A stretch of DNA of 32,000 bases from an uncultured Alphaproteobacteria bacterium (lineage in GTDB: Bacteria; Pseudomonadota; Alphaproteobacteria; Rhizobiales; Xanthobacteraceae), in the NCBI GenBank assembly GCA_963802745.1, contig CAWDKL010000049.1, positions 155,247-187,246 on the forward strand, read 5' to 3'. Shown in pieces: positions 8,761 through 17,747 of the stretch. The translations under genes and the position numbers were made by a program. The notes under the pieces were generated by a model that saw only the letters and a list, made by a program, of their open reading frames with translations, was not told the DNA's origin and did no database searches. Position 1 is the stretch's first letter; each line of letters starts with the position of its first letter.

Positions 8761-8994
8761 TCAATCGCCGCGGGTCAAGGCCATAATGGCGTCCGTCGTC
8801 ATGGCGACATCGCCCCGCCCTCGCACATGGGCGACGACCCGCGCTCCGCGGCCAGTCTTGCGGCGCCCCGTCGCCGGGATGATCCGCACCACCTCACCAT
8901 CGAACGCGAAATCCACCTCCGTGTGCGGCAGCAAGCCCGCTTGCGTCCGGATTTCGGCCGGGATGGTGACTTGGCCCTTAGATGTGATGCGCAT
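8761..8994 (-). CDS. vapB: AbrB/MazE-type antitoxin (VapB)
   Basis: 77 aa. The signature is MRITSKGQVTIPAEIR. ATG 8994 was chosen over the longer track ORF from 9096. Confidence 0.85.
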   Translation of the reverse strand: MRITSKGQVTIPAEIRTQAGLLPHTEVDFAFDGEVVRIIPATGRRKTGRGARVVAHVRGRGDVAMTTDAIMALTRGD

Positions 8995-9189
8995 GACGCA
9001 ATCCTTACTTGGAGAAGTAAGAATACGCTGTCGTGGCCTGAAAGCAAGCATCGGTACTGCTTCGATCGCAGGGTCATGCGTTCGGTGGCCACGCATCCGT
9101 TGGCTCTTATCAAGTGCATCGCAACAAATACCGGGGGGCGCGGGATTCGCGGATGATGATATTGGAGCGACCGCCGATTAGCGCCAGCG

Positions 9190-9921
9190 TCAGGATTTGC
9201 GGAAAATCAGTACGTGCTGCCAGGGCAGTCCGTCGGCGGTGCGCTCCCACGTCAAATCCTGCTGCGCCGCTTCGCGTTTCACCTGTTCCTGGCTCATCTT
9301 GTGCAACACCTTGATCGGCACGCTGGGGTCTTCGGCGCGATACTCGACGAACACCACCCGGCCGCCCGGCTTCAGCGCCCGCACAATGCTGGCGAGCATT
9401 TCGCGGGGAAATTCCAGCTCGTGGTAGACGTCAACCATGATGGCGAGGTCCACGGTTCCGGCCGGCAGCGGCACGTCGTCCTTGGCCCCCAGCAGGGGAA
9501 AAATATTGGTAACCCCAGGCATCGAAGCGAGCCTGATGAGCATGCGCACCATCTCGGGCTGCACGTCCACCGCGAACACCTTGCCCGAGGCGCCGACCTG
9601 CGCCGCCATGCGCCGCGACATGTAGCCGGTGCCGGCGCCGATGTCGGCCACCACCATGCCCTCGCGCAAGCCCAGTTCCGGCAGCAAGAGGTCGGTACGC
9701 TCCTCCTGCGCGCGCTCGGGACGTTCCAGCCAGCTCGCGCCCTGCCAGCCCATCACGTGGGCGATCTCCCGGCCCATGTAGAACTTGCCGATCCCGTCCG
9801 GGCTGGCCTGCCCCTGGCGATAGGCCGCGGCCGTTTCGGCGGCGGGCAGTGCCGCGGGCAACAGCAAAACACTGCACGCCAGCGCGGCGGCAAACCAGCG
9901 GGGGATATGTCGCACCATCAT
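9190..9921 (-). CDS. Class I SAM-dependent methyltransferase with an N-terminal signal/anchor sequence
   Basis: 243 aa from the ATG pair at 9921/9918. It has a hydrophobic leader (RWFAAALACSVLLLPAALPAAE), then SAM motif I (VVADIGAGTGY), then LKPGGRVVFVEY. Confidence 0.85.
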   Translation of the reverse strand: MMVRHIPRWFAAALACSVLLLPAALPAAETAAAYRQGQASPDGIGKFYMGREIAHVMGWQGASWLERPERAQEERTDLLLPELGLREGMVVADIGAGTGYMSRRMAAQVGASGKVFAVDVQPEMVRMLIRLASMPGVTNIFPLLGAKDDVPLPAGTVDLAIMVDVYHELEFPREMLASIVRALKPGGRVVFVEYRAEDPSVPIKVLHKMSQEQVKREAAQQDLTWERTADGLPWQHVLIFRKS

Positions 9922-10084
9922 TTCGCTATTCCCTGGGCGGAAGACAAATCGGCAGCTACACCAGAAACCACATAAAAAGGGGTGATTTTGATGAGCCAGG
10001 ATAGCGGTCGCCACTCGGCCACCACAGTCGATCATAGTAATTCACAGTCCCCGGGAGTCCGCAAGCGTAACAGCATTGCGTATC

Positions 10085-10534
10085 TCACGATCCGGCGTTC
10101 GTCGGCGGATCGCCCCATGGATTGAACACCGGCGTACGCGCCTTTTGATAATCGCTCACATCGCGCGACACCACGGTCAGTCCGTAATGAAGCGCCGTCG
10201 CGGCAATGATGAGGTCGGGCTGCGAAAAGGTATGACCCGCCTTGCGGCCGTCCTCGACCAGAAGGCGCCATTTGAACATGACGTCCTCGGAAATGTCGAG
10301 CACGCGCCCGTCGAACATCGGCCGCACCTTATGGGCGAGCCACTCCTTCAATTCGGCCCGGCGACCGGCGTCACTCACCCGTTCAATGCCGAAGCGGATT
10401 TCGGCCAGCGTCACCGAACTGATATAGAGGAGATCCAGCGGCTGGGTGGCGATGAAGGCCAGGACTTTGCGTTCGGGCTTGGTGCGGCGCAACTCCGACA
10501 GAATGTTGGTATCGAGAAGCCACCCGGTCACCAA
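10085..10534 (-). CDS. vapC: Type II toxin, PIN-domain VapC/FitB-like
   Basis: 149 aa. Motifs WLLDTNILSELRR and DLIIAATALHYGLTVVSRD. Confidence 0.9.
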   Translation of the reverse strand: MVTGWLLDTNILSELRRTKPERKVLAFIATQPLDLLYISSVTLAEIRFGIERVSDAGRRAELKEWLAHKVRPMFDGRVLDISEDVMFKWRLLVEDGRKAGHTFSQPDLIIAATALHYGLTVVSRDVSDYQKARTPVFNPWGDPPTNAGS

Positions 10535-10854
10535 GCGACGTCGCGCACCGGCATCGATGCGCGCCCCGGCTCAAGCTCCATGTCGCGATAGGGTGAGGCC
10601 CCCATGGCAGCGATAAGGTCCTTCCCGGTGAGATTTCCTTGCAGGCGGCGAAACTCTTCCGCTGCGATGACGACAACTGCCTCACGCCCGTGCACGGTGA
10701 CGTGCTGCGGTCCCTCGCTCCGGACCCGCCGGACCAACTCGCTGAAACGCGCTTTGGCATCTTGCAAGAGCCAGTGGCGAGGTCGCCGGCTGCCACGACC
10801 CTGGCGTCCGGGCTTCGATATTTTTGTCAGCGTTGATTTTACGGTCCTAGTCAT
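10528..10854 (-). CDS. Phd/YefM-type antitoxin with a basic N-terminal extension
   Basis: The core [44 protein letters not shown] is typical Phd. The only ATG (10854) adds a 26-aa Lys/Arg-rich leader. The start is uncertain; an in-frame TTG just before QDAKARF lacks an SD. It overlaps the vapC start by 7 nt. Confidence 0.75.
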   Translation of the reverse strand: MTRTVKSTLTKISKPGRQGRGSRRPRHWLLQDAKARFSELVRRVRSEGPQHVTVHGREAVVVIAAEEFRRLQGNLTGKDLIAAMGASPYRDMELEPGRASMPVRDVAW

Positions 10855-10863
10855 ATCGACTAG
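10847..10863. promoter_or_regulatory. 17-bp palindrome spanning the antitoxin start codon (candidate autoregulatory operator)
   Basis: ctagtc-atatc-gactag has perfect 6-bp arms and covers the complement of ATG 10854. Confidence 0.3.
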
Positions 10864-11134
10864 AATAATCAAATCGAGGGGCGGATTCAACAGTCGTGTG
10901 CCGGTGCCGGTTGGTCCGCACCTCTTTGGGAGGATTGATGGCATAGAGCCTTCATCACATCGCCGGCGATTGCGGCGCCCGCGCCGGTCTTATGGCCCCG
11001 TCGATCGCAGTCCCGTTTGCGGCTCCCCATCGCGGCGGAAACGAACTAAGCTGCATCCATTCCGGCCGTTCGTCGCCGCTACGCTTCGCCAGCAGTCCGG
11101 ACGGCGCGGACGGCCGCAGCTCTTGGAGGAAGCC

Positions 11135-11590
11135 ATGGCATTCGTTTTCTTGGTCAACGGCAAGGCGGCGCATTCCGATGCCCCGCCGGCGACGCCGCTG
11201 TTGTGGGTGATCCGCGAGGAGCTGAAACTCACCGGCACCAAGTTCGGCTGCGGCACCGGATTGTGCGGCGCCTGCATGGTGCATGTGGACGGGGCGCGCG
11301 CCTTTTCGTGCCAGACCCAAGTGTCGCAGGTCGCCGGCAAATCCGTCACCACCATCGAGGGGCTATCGGAAAACTCCTCCCATCCGGTGCAGAAGGCCTG
11401 GCTCGCCGAGCGGGTGCCGCAATGCGGCTACTGCCAGTCCGGACAGATCATGAGCGCCGCCGATCTCTTGGCGCACAACCCCAAGCCCAGCCGCGCCCAG
11501 ATTATCGAGCACATGAGCACCAATATCTGCCGCTGCGGTTCCTATCAGCGCATCGTCCGCGCCGTCGAACGCGCCGCCAAGGAGGTTTAG
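11135..11590 (+). CDS. (2Fe-2S)-binding small subunit of a molybdopterin oxidoreductase (IorA / aldehyde oxidoreductase gamma-like)
   Basis: 151 aa. Motifs [11 protein letters not shown] and [10 protein letters not shown]...CRCGSY. ggagga precedes the ATG. Confidence 0.9.
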   Translation: MAFVFLVNGKAAHSDAPPATPLLWVIREELKLTGTKFGCGTGLCGACMVHVDGARAFSCQTQVSQVAGKSVTTIEGLSENSSHPVQKAWLAERVPQCGYCQSGQIMSAADLLAHNPKPSRAQIIEHMSTNICRCGSYQRIVRAVERAAKEV

Positions 11591-11592
11591 CC

Positions 11593-13785
11593 ATGACGAT
11601 CCAATTCGATACGGCGGCCCTCACGCGCCGCGGCTTCATGGTAGGCGCGGCCGGTCTGACCTTCGGCCTGGCGTCCGGGCTGCGCTTGGATGGCACTGCT
11701 GCGGCCGGCTCCGAAGCGGTGATGAGCCCATGGGTCACCATCGGCACCGACGATACGGTCGCGATCATGTCGCCGGCGGCCGAGATGGGGCAGGGGTCGC
11801 TCACCTCGCTGCCGCTGATCCTGGCCGAGGAACTCGATGCCGACTGGGCCAAGGTTCGCGTGGTCGTGGCCCCGCCGAACGACGACCTCTACAAGAATCC
11901 CGGCTTCGGCTACATGTACACCGCCGGCAGCAATGCGGTGACCGCCTATTTCCGCGATCTGCGCAAATTCGGCGCTCAGGTGCGCAAGATGCTACTCGCC
12001 AATGCGGCGAGGCACTGGAATGTGCCGGTCGCCGAACTCACCACCGAACCCAACGTCGTGGTGCATGCCAAATCGGGGCGCCGGCTGAGCTACGGCGAGA
12101 TCGCGGCCTTCGCGGAGGTGCCGGCGACCGCGCCGGAGGTGACGGAGAGCGAGCTCAAGCGGCCCGAGCAGTTCCGCCTCATCGGCAAGGACGTGATGCG
12201 CATCGAACTGCCGCAAAAGGTCAACGGCTCGGCGCAATATTCGATCGACGTGCAAGTCCCCGGCATGCTGTACGGCGCCATCCTTCGCGCGCCGGTCGAA
12301 GGGGCGGCGCCCGAGACGATCGACGAAGCCGCCGCCAAGGCGATCTCCGGCGTGGTGCGCATTGTGCGGCTGCCTTACGGCGTGGGCGTCATTGCCGAAA
12401 CCCCGTGGGCCGCCTTCGATGCCAAGGCCGCGCTCAACGTGACGTGGACGCGCACCGGCAAGGCCTGGGGCTTCGACAGCGAAAAGGCGCTCCCCGCCTT
12501 CGCGGCGGCCGCGCGCGACCTTTCGCAGCCGACCAAGCTGTGGGCCAAGGAAGGCGACGCGCTGGCCGCCATGAAGGCGGCCGCGAGCGTGGTCGAAGCC
12601 GAATATCGCAACGATCTCGTCTATCACGCCCAGATGGAACCGCTGAATGCGGTGGCGTCGGTTTCGCCCGATGGCGGGGCTTGCGAATTATGGTGCGGGG
12701 TGCAGTCGAAAACCATCGCCGTAACGGTGGCGGCCGACGCGCTCGGCATCAAGCCGGACAAGATCAAGTATCACGACATGCTGATGGGCGGCGGCTTCGG
12801 CCGGCGCGGGCATCGCGACGAGGAGTATGTCCACGATGCGGTGGTGCTGTCGAACGCGGTCAAAAAGCCCGTGAAGATGATGTGGACGCGCGAGGACGAC
12901 GTCCACAATGGCCGGTTCAATCCGCTGTCGGCGCATTACCTGCGCGCCGGCTTCGATGCCTCCGGCAAGCTCATCGCGTTCCATCACCGCAAGGCCTGCG
13001 ACGAGGTGACGGCGTTCCAGGATCCGGTGCGCTACGAACGGTCCAAGGGGCGCGACAATATCACCTTCAACGGCCTCGACGCGGCCTATTACGCGGTACC
13101 GAACCGGCTCGCCGAGGCGGTGCTGCAGGAAAGCGGCCTGCGCACCTCCAGCCTGCGCGGCATCGCGCACCTGACCAACATTTTTGCCATCGAATCGTTC
13201 ATGGACGAGCTCGCCCGCAAACGCGGCGTCGATCCGGCAATGTTCCGCAGCCGCCTGGTCGGCGGCAATGCGCGCGCCTTGCATATCATCGACACCGTCA
13301 AGCGCATGGCCGACTGGGGCAAAAGGCGCGACGGCAGTGCGCTCGGCTTCACTTACATGAACTATTCCGGCACCCAGATCGCGCTGATCGCGGAAGTTTT
13401 GGTCGACCGCCGGACCGGCGGGCTGCGCGTCCCAAAAGTGTGGGTTGCGCTCGACCCCGGCATTGCGGTGCAGCCGGACAACGTGGTGGCGCAGACCGAA
13501 AGCAGCATCGTCTACGGCCTCGGCTTCGCCCTCTCGGAGCGAATCACCATCGCCGACGGCGCCGTGCAGGAGTTGAATTTCTACGACTATCACGTGCCAC
13601 GGCTGAACGAGATTCCGGAGATGCTGGTCGAGGTGGTGTCGACCAACAACCACCCGACCGGTGTCGGTCAGATGGCGACCCCGCTGGTTGCGCCGGCCAT
13701 CGCCAATGCGGTGGCGGAGCTGACCGGCGTGCGGCTGCGCGAAACGCCGATGACGCCGGACCGGGTGAAGAAGGCGCTGGGGTGA
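11593..13785 (+). CDS. Molybdopterin-binding large subunit, xanthine-dehydrogenase family (IorB-like), with a Tat signal
   Basis: 730 aa. It has a twin-arginine leader (LTRRGFMVGAAGLTF) and blocks typical of IorB-type subunits (GQGSLTSLPLILAEELD, MGGGFGRR, HPTGVGQMA). It starts 3 nt after the small-subunit stop. Confidence 0.9.
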   Translation: MTIQFDTAALTRRGFMVGAAGLTFGLASGLRLDGTAAAGSEAVMSPWVTIGTDDTVAIMSPAAEMGQGSLTSLPLILAEELDADWAKVRVVVAPPNDDLYKNPGFGYMYTAGSNAVTAYFRDLRKFGAQVRKMLLANAARHWNVPVAELTTEPNVVVHAKSGRRLSYGEIAAFAEVPATAPEVTESELKRPEQFRLIGKDVMRIELPQKVNGSAQYSIDVQVPGMLYGAILRAPVEGAAPETIDEAAAKAISGVVRIVRLPYGVGVIAETPWAAFDAKAALNVTWTRTGKAWGFDSEKALPAFAAAARDLSQPTKLWAKEGDALAAMKAAASVVEAEYRNDLVYHAQMEPLNAVASVSPDGGACELWCGVQSKTIAVTVAADALGIKPDKIKYHDMLMGGGFGRRGHRDEEYVHDAVVLSNAVKKPVKMMWTREDDVHNGRFNPLSAHYLRAGFDASGKLIAFHHRKACDEVTAFQDPVRYERSKGRDNITFNGLDAAYYAVPNRLAEAVLQESGLRTSSLRGIAHLTNIFAIESFMDELARKRGVDPAMFRSRLVGGNARALHIIDTVKRMADWGKRRDGSALGFTYMNYSGTQIALIAEVLVDRRTGGLRVPKVWVALDPGIAVQPDNVVAQTESSIVYGLGFALSERITIADGAVQELNFYDYHVPRLNEIPEMLVEVVSTNNHPTGVGQMATPLVAPAIANAVAELTGVRLRETPMTPDRVKKALG

Positions 13786-13817
13786 GGGGGGCGAGGACTT
13801 CGCCATCAAGCGAATCC

Positions 13818-13841
13818 GGGCGGCGCAGGACGGCGCCGCCC
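13818..13841 (+). terminator. GC-rich hairpin after the oxidoreductase operon (9-bp perfect stem, no U-tract)
   Basis: gggcggcgc-aggacg-gcgccgccc, 33 nt after the stop codon. Confidence 0.35.
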
Positions 13842-14141
13842 GATCGCGGTGGTCATTGGCGGACCACCATAGGCGGCCTCACTGCCTCGGCGGCTTACTC
13901 GGCGTGACACGCACGTATGACTGAAGGATGGGTGCGGCGCCGTGGCAAGCCAAAGGCGCCGCATTCAAATTTTCCCGGACTGGCCTTCAGTGCAATTCAA
14001 GCGAGCAAAATCTTTGTACGGAACCATACGAGCCCGGGCCTGTTGACCAGTGACGGCTTCCGCTTGAGAGCGACGAGCCCTCCCCTTACAATTCGTCTTG
14101 GTCAAACCGCTGGCTTAGCGCCGCAAGGTCTGTGTGCAAGT

Positions 14142-14531
14142 ATGTCACAATCGAACCGTGTCCCTGCGATCACGATCCTCGTGGTCGAGGACGAGTATTT
14201 CGTGCGCGAAAACATCGTGAGCTACCTGCGCGACGCCGGTTGTACGGTGATCGAAGCCGAAACAGGGGAACATGCCATCGATATTTGCAAGTCGGGCGCG
14301 CCGATCGACGCGGTATTTACCGATGTTCAGTTGCCGGGGTCGGCGAGCGGCTTCGACGTGGCCGAGGCATTTCGGGTGGCGGTGGCGGATATTCCCGTCG
14401 TGTATGCTTCTGGAAACTTGGGCAACCGTGATCGGTGCGTTGCCGACAGTTTGTTCTTTGGCAAGCCCTATCGATCGAGGGAAGTTCTGGCCGCATGTCT
14501 GCGGCTCAAAGATGCGTCGTCATTGCATTGA
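14142..14531 (+). CDS. Single-domain response regulator (receiver only)
   Basis: 129 aa. All receiver landmarks are present: VVEDE, FTDVQLPG (phospho-Asp), VVYASG, FGKPY. ATG 14142 was chosen; the 75-aa extension from 13917 has no receiver-like sequence. Confidence 0.85.
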   Translation: MSQSNRVPAITILVVEDEYFVRENIVSYLRDAGCTVIEAETGEHAIDICKSGAPIDAVFTDVQLPGSASGFDVAEAFRVAVADIPVVYASGNLGNRDRCVADSLFFGKPYRSREVLAACLRLKDASSLH

Positions 14532-14866
14532 AATAAACGGCCCAAGCGGCGCCGGGGTCGTGCACCGCCAGAGCATATTCTGAGTACCGGCCAATTTGGC
14601 CGGACTGATGCTGCCGGTCTCCGCGGGCCGGAAGCCATTGCATATCGGCTGATTACTTTAGGGCGGCCGATGAGTTGCTCCTGCGAACAAACCGGACAGC
14701 GCGAGCCTTCCGGCCATCGTGCGCGCCGCCCGCGAACGGTTTGATACACCTTCGTCGAACGATTTGTCCTTCAGGCCGCCCCCTTGACACGCCCGTGAAG
14801 AAAGACAGGAACTTTTAGGCGGTCTCTCTCTTTAATGGGTATCACGCCGGGCCACGAGGAAGTTCC

Positions 14867-15685
14867 ATGAGGATTCGCGCGGGCTACGAAATTTCTTATG
14901 ACTGTCCGCAGCCGACGCCGATGATCCTGACGGTGAGCGTCCATCCGTCACGCATGTCTGATCTGCTGACCGCGGATCGCATGCGGCTCAATCCGCTTAT
15001 CCCCGCCAAGACCTATCACGATAGTTTCGGCAATTGCTGCCACGTGATCCGCGCGCCCACGGGCCGGCTGACGATATCCACCGACTTCCTGGTGCAGGAC
15101 AAGGGCGAGCCGGATGAAGTGGCCCCGTGGGCGGAGCAGCATGCTCTAGAAGAGCTACCGGTCGAGGTCCTGATCTATCTGCTTGGCAGCCGATACTGCG
15201 AAACCGATCGCCTATCGAATGTGGCATGGTCCCTGTTCGGACATATTCCGAAGGGTTGGCCGCTCGTGCAGGCAATTTGCGATTATGTCCACGATCGCAT
15301 CACCTTCGGTTACGCCCACGCCAGCCCGACCAAGACGGCGTGGGACGCTTATTCCGAGCGCCGCGGCGTCTGCAGGGACTTCGCTCACCTTGCGGTCACA
15401 CTATGCCGCTGTATGAACATTCCGGCGCGCTACTGCACCGGCTATCTCGGCGACATTGGCGTGCCACCCGACGATGCGCCGATGGACTTCAGCGCCTGGT
15501 TCGAAGTCTATCTCGGCGGCCGCTGGTACACGTTCGATGCACGCCACAACAAGCCGCGCATCGGCCGCATCTTGATGGCACGCGGACGCGACGCTACCGA
15601 CGTTGCGATCGTGACCTCGTTCGGCCCATGCGTGCTTGCGGGCTTCAAGGTGATGACAGACGAGGCCACGTCGGCCACTTCGTGA
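14867..15685 (+). CDS. Transglutaminase-like family protein (N-terminal Bact_transglu_N plus transglutaminase core)
   Basis: 272 aa. It has the MRIRAGYEISYDCPQPTPMIL start typical of the family and the Cys motif RGVCRDFAHL, followed by WFEVYLGGRWYTFDARHN. Confidence 0.9.
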   Translation: MRIRAGYEISYDCPQPTPMILTVSVHPSRMSDLLTADRMRLNPLIPAKTYHDSFGNCCHVIRAPTGRLTISTDFLVQDKGEPDEVAPWAEQHALEELPVEVLIYLLGSRYCETDRLSNVAWSLFGHIPKGWPLVQAICDYVHDRITFGYAHASPTKTAWDAYSERRGVCRDFAHLAVTLCRCMNIPARYCTGYLGDIGVPPDDAPMDFSAWFEVYLGGRWYTFDARHNKPRIGRILMARGRDATDVAIVTSFGPCVLAGFKVMTDEATSATS

Positions 15686-15998
15686 TGCATCGCTTTTTAT
15701 GCACGGCGTATTCGTTTGTGGAGGCTTTTCGGAAGGGCGGGTCTCTTCAATCCCGCTGCGGCCGCCCTCCGAAGGTCAAAATTCTTCCCATCGCCTGAGC
15801 CAGCCCCGTGGGGGCGCGCAAATTTGCGCAGAACCAGCCGTTCGAAACAAAATATAGTCGCAGCGTTGCTTTCGTACCGGACTACGCGATTTTCCGTGCG
15901 CCTCGTTGCGCGTTGTCCACCCAAAATAGAGCCTAACTAACGAGCTTCGGTCGAGTCAGGGCGAGCCGAGCCGGCCGGCGTAGCTCCGAATTGCAAAT

Positions 15999-16166
15999 TT
16001 CAGACCGGATTTCGGTCAGGCCGAATCACACTCTCGGGGTCATACCCGGGCTTGTTCCGGCCATCCAGGTCTGGCTTGCGACGGCTTTGCAAGGAAGACG
16101 TGGATGCCCGCGACAAGCCCGGCCATGACTCCAGATGTTCCGATCTGACCGGAATCCACTCTCAGG
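15999..16166 (+). repeat. 168-bp structured mosaic repeat, copy A (small hairpin, 91-bp palindromic core, small hairpin)
   Basis: It aligns over its full length by eye, with scattered mismatches, to 17324-17491 in the same orientation. The core at 16039-16129 contains gacaagcccggccatgac. Confidence 0.8.
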
Positions 16167-16422
16167 ACTCCGATTTTCGTTTGTCGCAGGATTGCATAGT
16201 GGAAACTTGGTCCATTCAGATAAAAACGAAGCAAAATCAATAGATAAAGAGAAATGTTGCGCGTCTTTCGGCGTGCTTTAGGTCCGATTTATGCGTTCGG
16301 TCATGACGGGCCGCTCGACCTTTCCGCATTCGTGCAATTATTGGAACCAATAATGTACAGTTGTGTTCTCTTTATACAGCTGGGGAGTGCGCATAAACCC
16401 AGGACAATAGAGGGAGACAGAA

Positions 16423-17112
16423 GTGTCGAGCTTACACGCCTGTTGCGCGATTACTTGTTTTTTGGTGGTTTCCAGCATCATCGTGTCGGCAAGCGAGAGC
16501 CCGGCGGCCGCGCGTGAACGCCATTCCGACGGCGCGACGAAGGCGATCCGGCACCAGGGGTTTACGGCGCGCGGTGGTGTGGACCGCGCCGCGCGTGGCC
16601 TTCAAGAAAAAATACGCGGCGGCAATGGTGAGCATAACCGATCACGACAGGTCGCGAGCCGCGCCACGCATCGCTTCGCTGTTCCTGAAGCCGACTGGGA
16701 GGTCCCTCATGGAGGTGAACGCAGCTTCAGTGGATTTGCTTCTTACTACGCCGAAGGTCAGCGCGTCGCGTCAGGCGGGAGATACGATCCGTCCGGCTAT
16801 ACCTGTGCGCATCGCTCTCTGCCGTTCGGGACTGTTCTGCGGGTCGCCGACCCCAAGTCCGGCCGTAGCGTGGTGGTCACCGTCAATGATCGCGGCCCGT
16901 TCATACGCGGGCGGATCCTCGACCTTTCCCTGCGCGCCGCGCAAGCCCTTGGCATGATCGTCCGCGGTGTATTGCGCGTTGACGCCGACATTATTGACCC
17001 CACTGATCCCCGTGCCACGGACCCCCAAGAGTTCACACCTGAACAGATCGAGACGCCCGATCCGTCGGAGCTTCGAGTTGGCGAAGCGATAAGCGGTGAC
17101 GTTGCTCGGTAA
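16423..17112 (+). CDS. RlpA-family (DPBB-domain) septal-ring lytic transglycosylase-like protein
   Basis: 229 aa. The GTG start is preceded by agggagacag. It has a signal-like N-terminus and a DPBB block: GFASYYAEGQRVASGGRYDPSGYTCAHRSLPFGTVLRVADPKSGRSVVVTVNDRGPF. Confidence 0.85.
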   Translation: MSSLHACCAITCFLVVSSIIVSASESPAAARERHSDGATKAIRHQGFTARGGVDRAARGLQEKIRGGNGEHNRSRQVASRATHRFAVPEADWEVPHGGERSFSGFASYYAEGQRVASGGRYDPSGYTCAHRSLPFGTVLRVADPKSGRSVVVTVNDRGPFIRGRILDLSLRAAQALGMIVRGVLRVDADIIDPTDPRATDPQEFTPEQIETPDPSELRVGEAISGDVAR

Positions 17113-17323
17113 ATGGCACCATAGGTCGCACATTATCTGGCACCATCGTGCCTGCTTCACGTTAGGCGGTCCGATCAATCCGGCCGATCCGGAGCGTCTT
17201 GGACCCTAGCGAGCGCCGTGCCAATGGGCAACGTCGCATCTGCGCTACCTATGCAGCGGCAGATTTTTGTTCCAGGGTGGCTCGCGCTCCAGGCGCTCCA
17301 GGCCGGTGCGCCGGGTGGTGCCA

Positions 17324-17491
17324 TTCAGCCCGGATTTCGATCAGGTCGAATCACACTCTCGGCGTCATGCCCGCGCTTGTCGCGGGCATCCACGTCTGCC
17401 GTGCGACGGCTTCGCAAGGAAGACATGGCTGGCCGGGACAAGCCCGGCCATGACTCCGGGTGTTCCGACCTGACCGGAATCCGGTCTCATG
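17324..17491 (+). repeat. 168-bp structured mosaic repeat, copy B
   Basis: A direct-orientation copy of 15999-16166, with its core at 17364-17454. Confidence 0.8.
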
Positions 17492-17747
17492 TGCAAGAAG
17501 CAGGGCCGGATGATTTGCAAAATCATAAAAAATGCCGGCCTGATCCGCTCGAATCTCTCGCATGATAACGTGCTTTACGTTACGTTAAAAAGCCGTCGGC
17601 GGCGCGCGCCTAAAGCCGAGCGATCGTCCTGCGACACGCTACGATTTGGGCGGGCCGCTTCTTCGGTGTTGATCTGTATTGGGCCACGCCATATCGCGGG
17701 CTGACAGAGTCGGAGTGGACCTACATCGATTTTGGGGGGACACTGAG

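Noticed and set aside
13917-14141. 75-codon N-terminal extension of the response-regulator ORF.
   Set aside because: The extension has no receiver or other domain similarity. ATG 14142 gives a canonical receiver N-terminus (about 10 residues before ILVVEDE).
15491-15493. The transglutaminase-like protein reads DFSAWFEVY where many transglutaminase-core proteins have SHAWVEVY. The expected catalytic His position is therefore Ser.
   Set aside because: The alignment is by eye only. My recollection is that this alphaproteobacterial subfamily commonly lacks His at this spot, so it is probably a family trait rather than a feature of this locus. It needs a real multiple alignment.
15816-15829. Perfect 14-bp palindrome gcgcaaatttgcgc in the long intergenic region after the transglutaminase-like gene. 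Another is atgatttgcaaaatcat at ~17509-17525.
   Set aside because: These are isolated short palindromes with no repeat partner or adjacent promoter elements that I could recognise. They could be regulator sites, but nothing supports a specific call.
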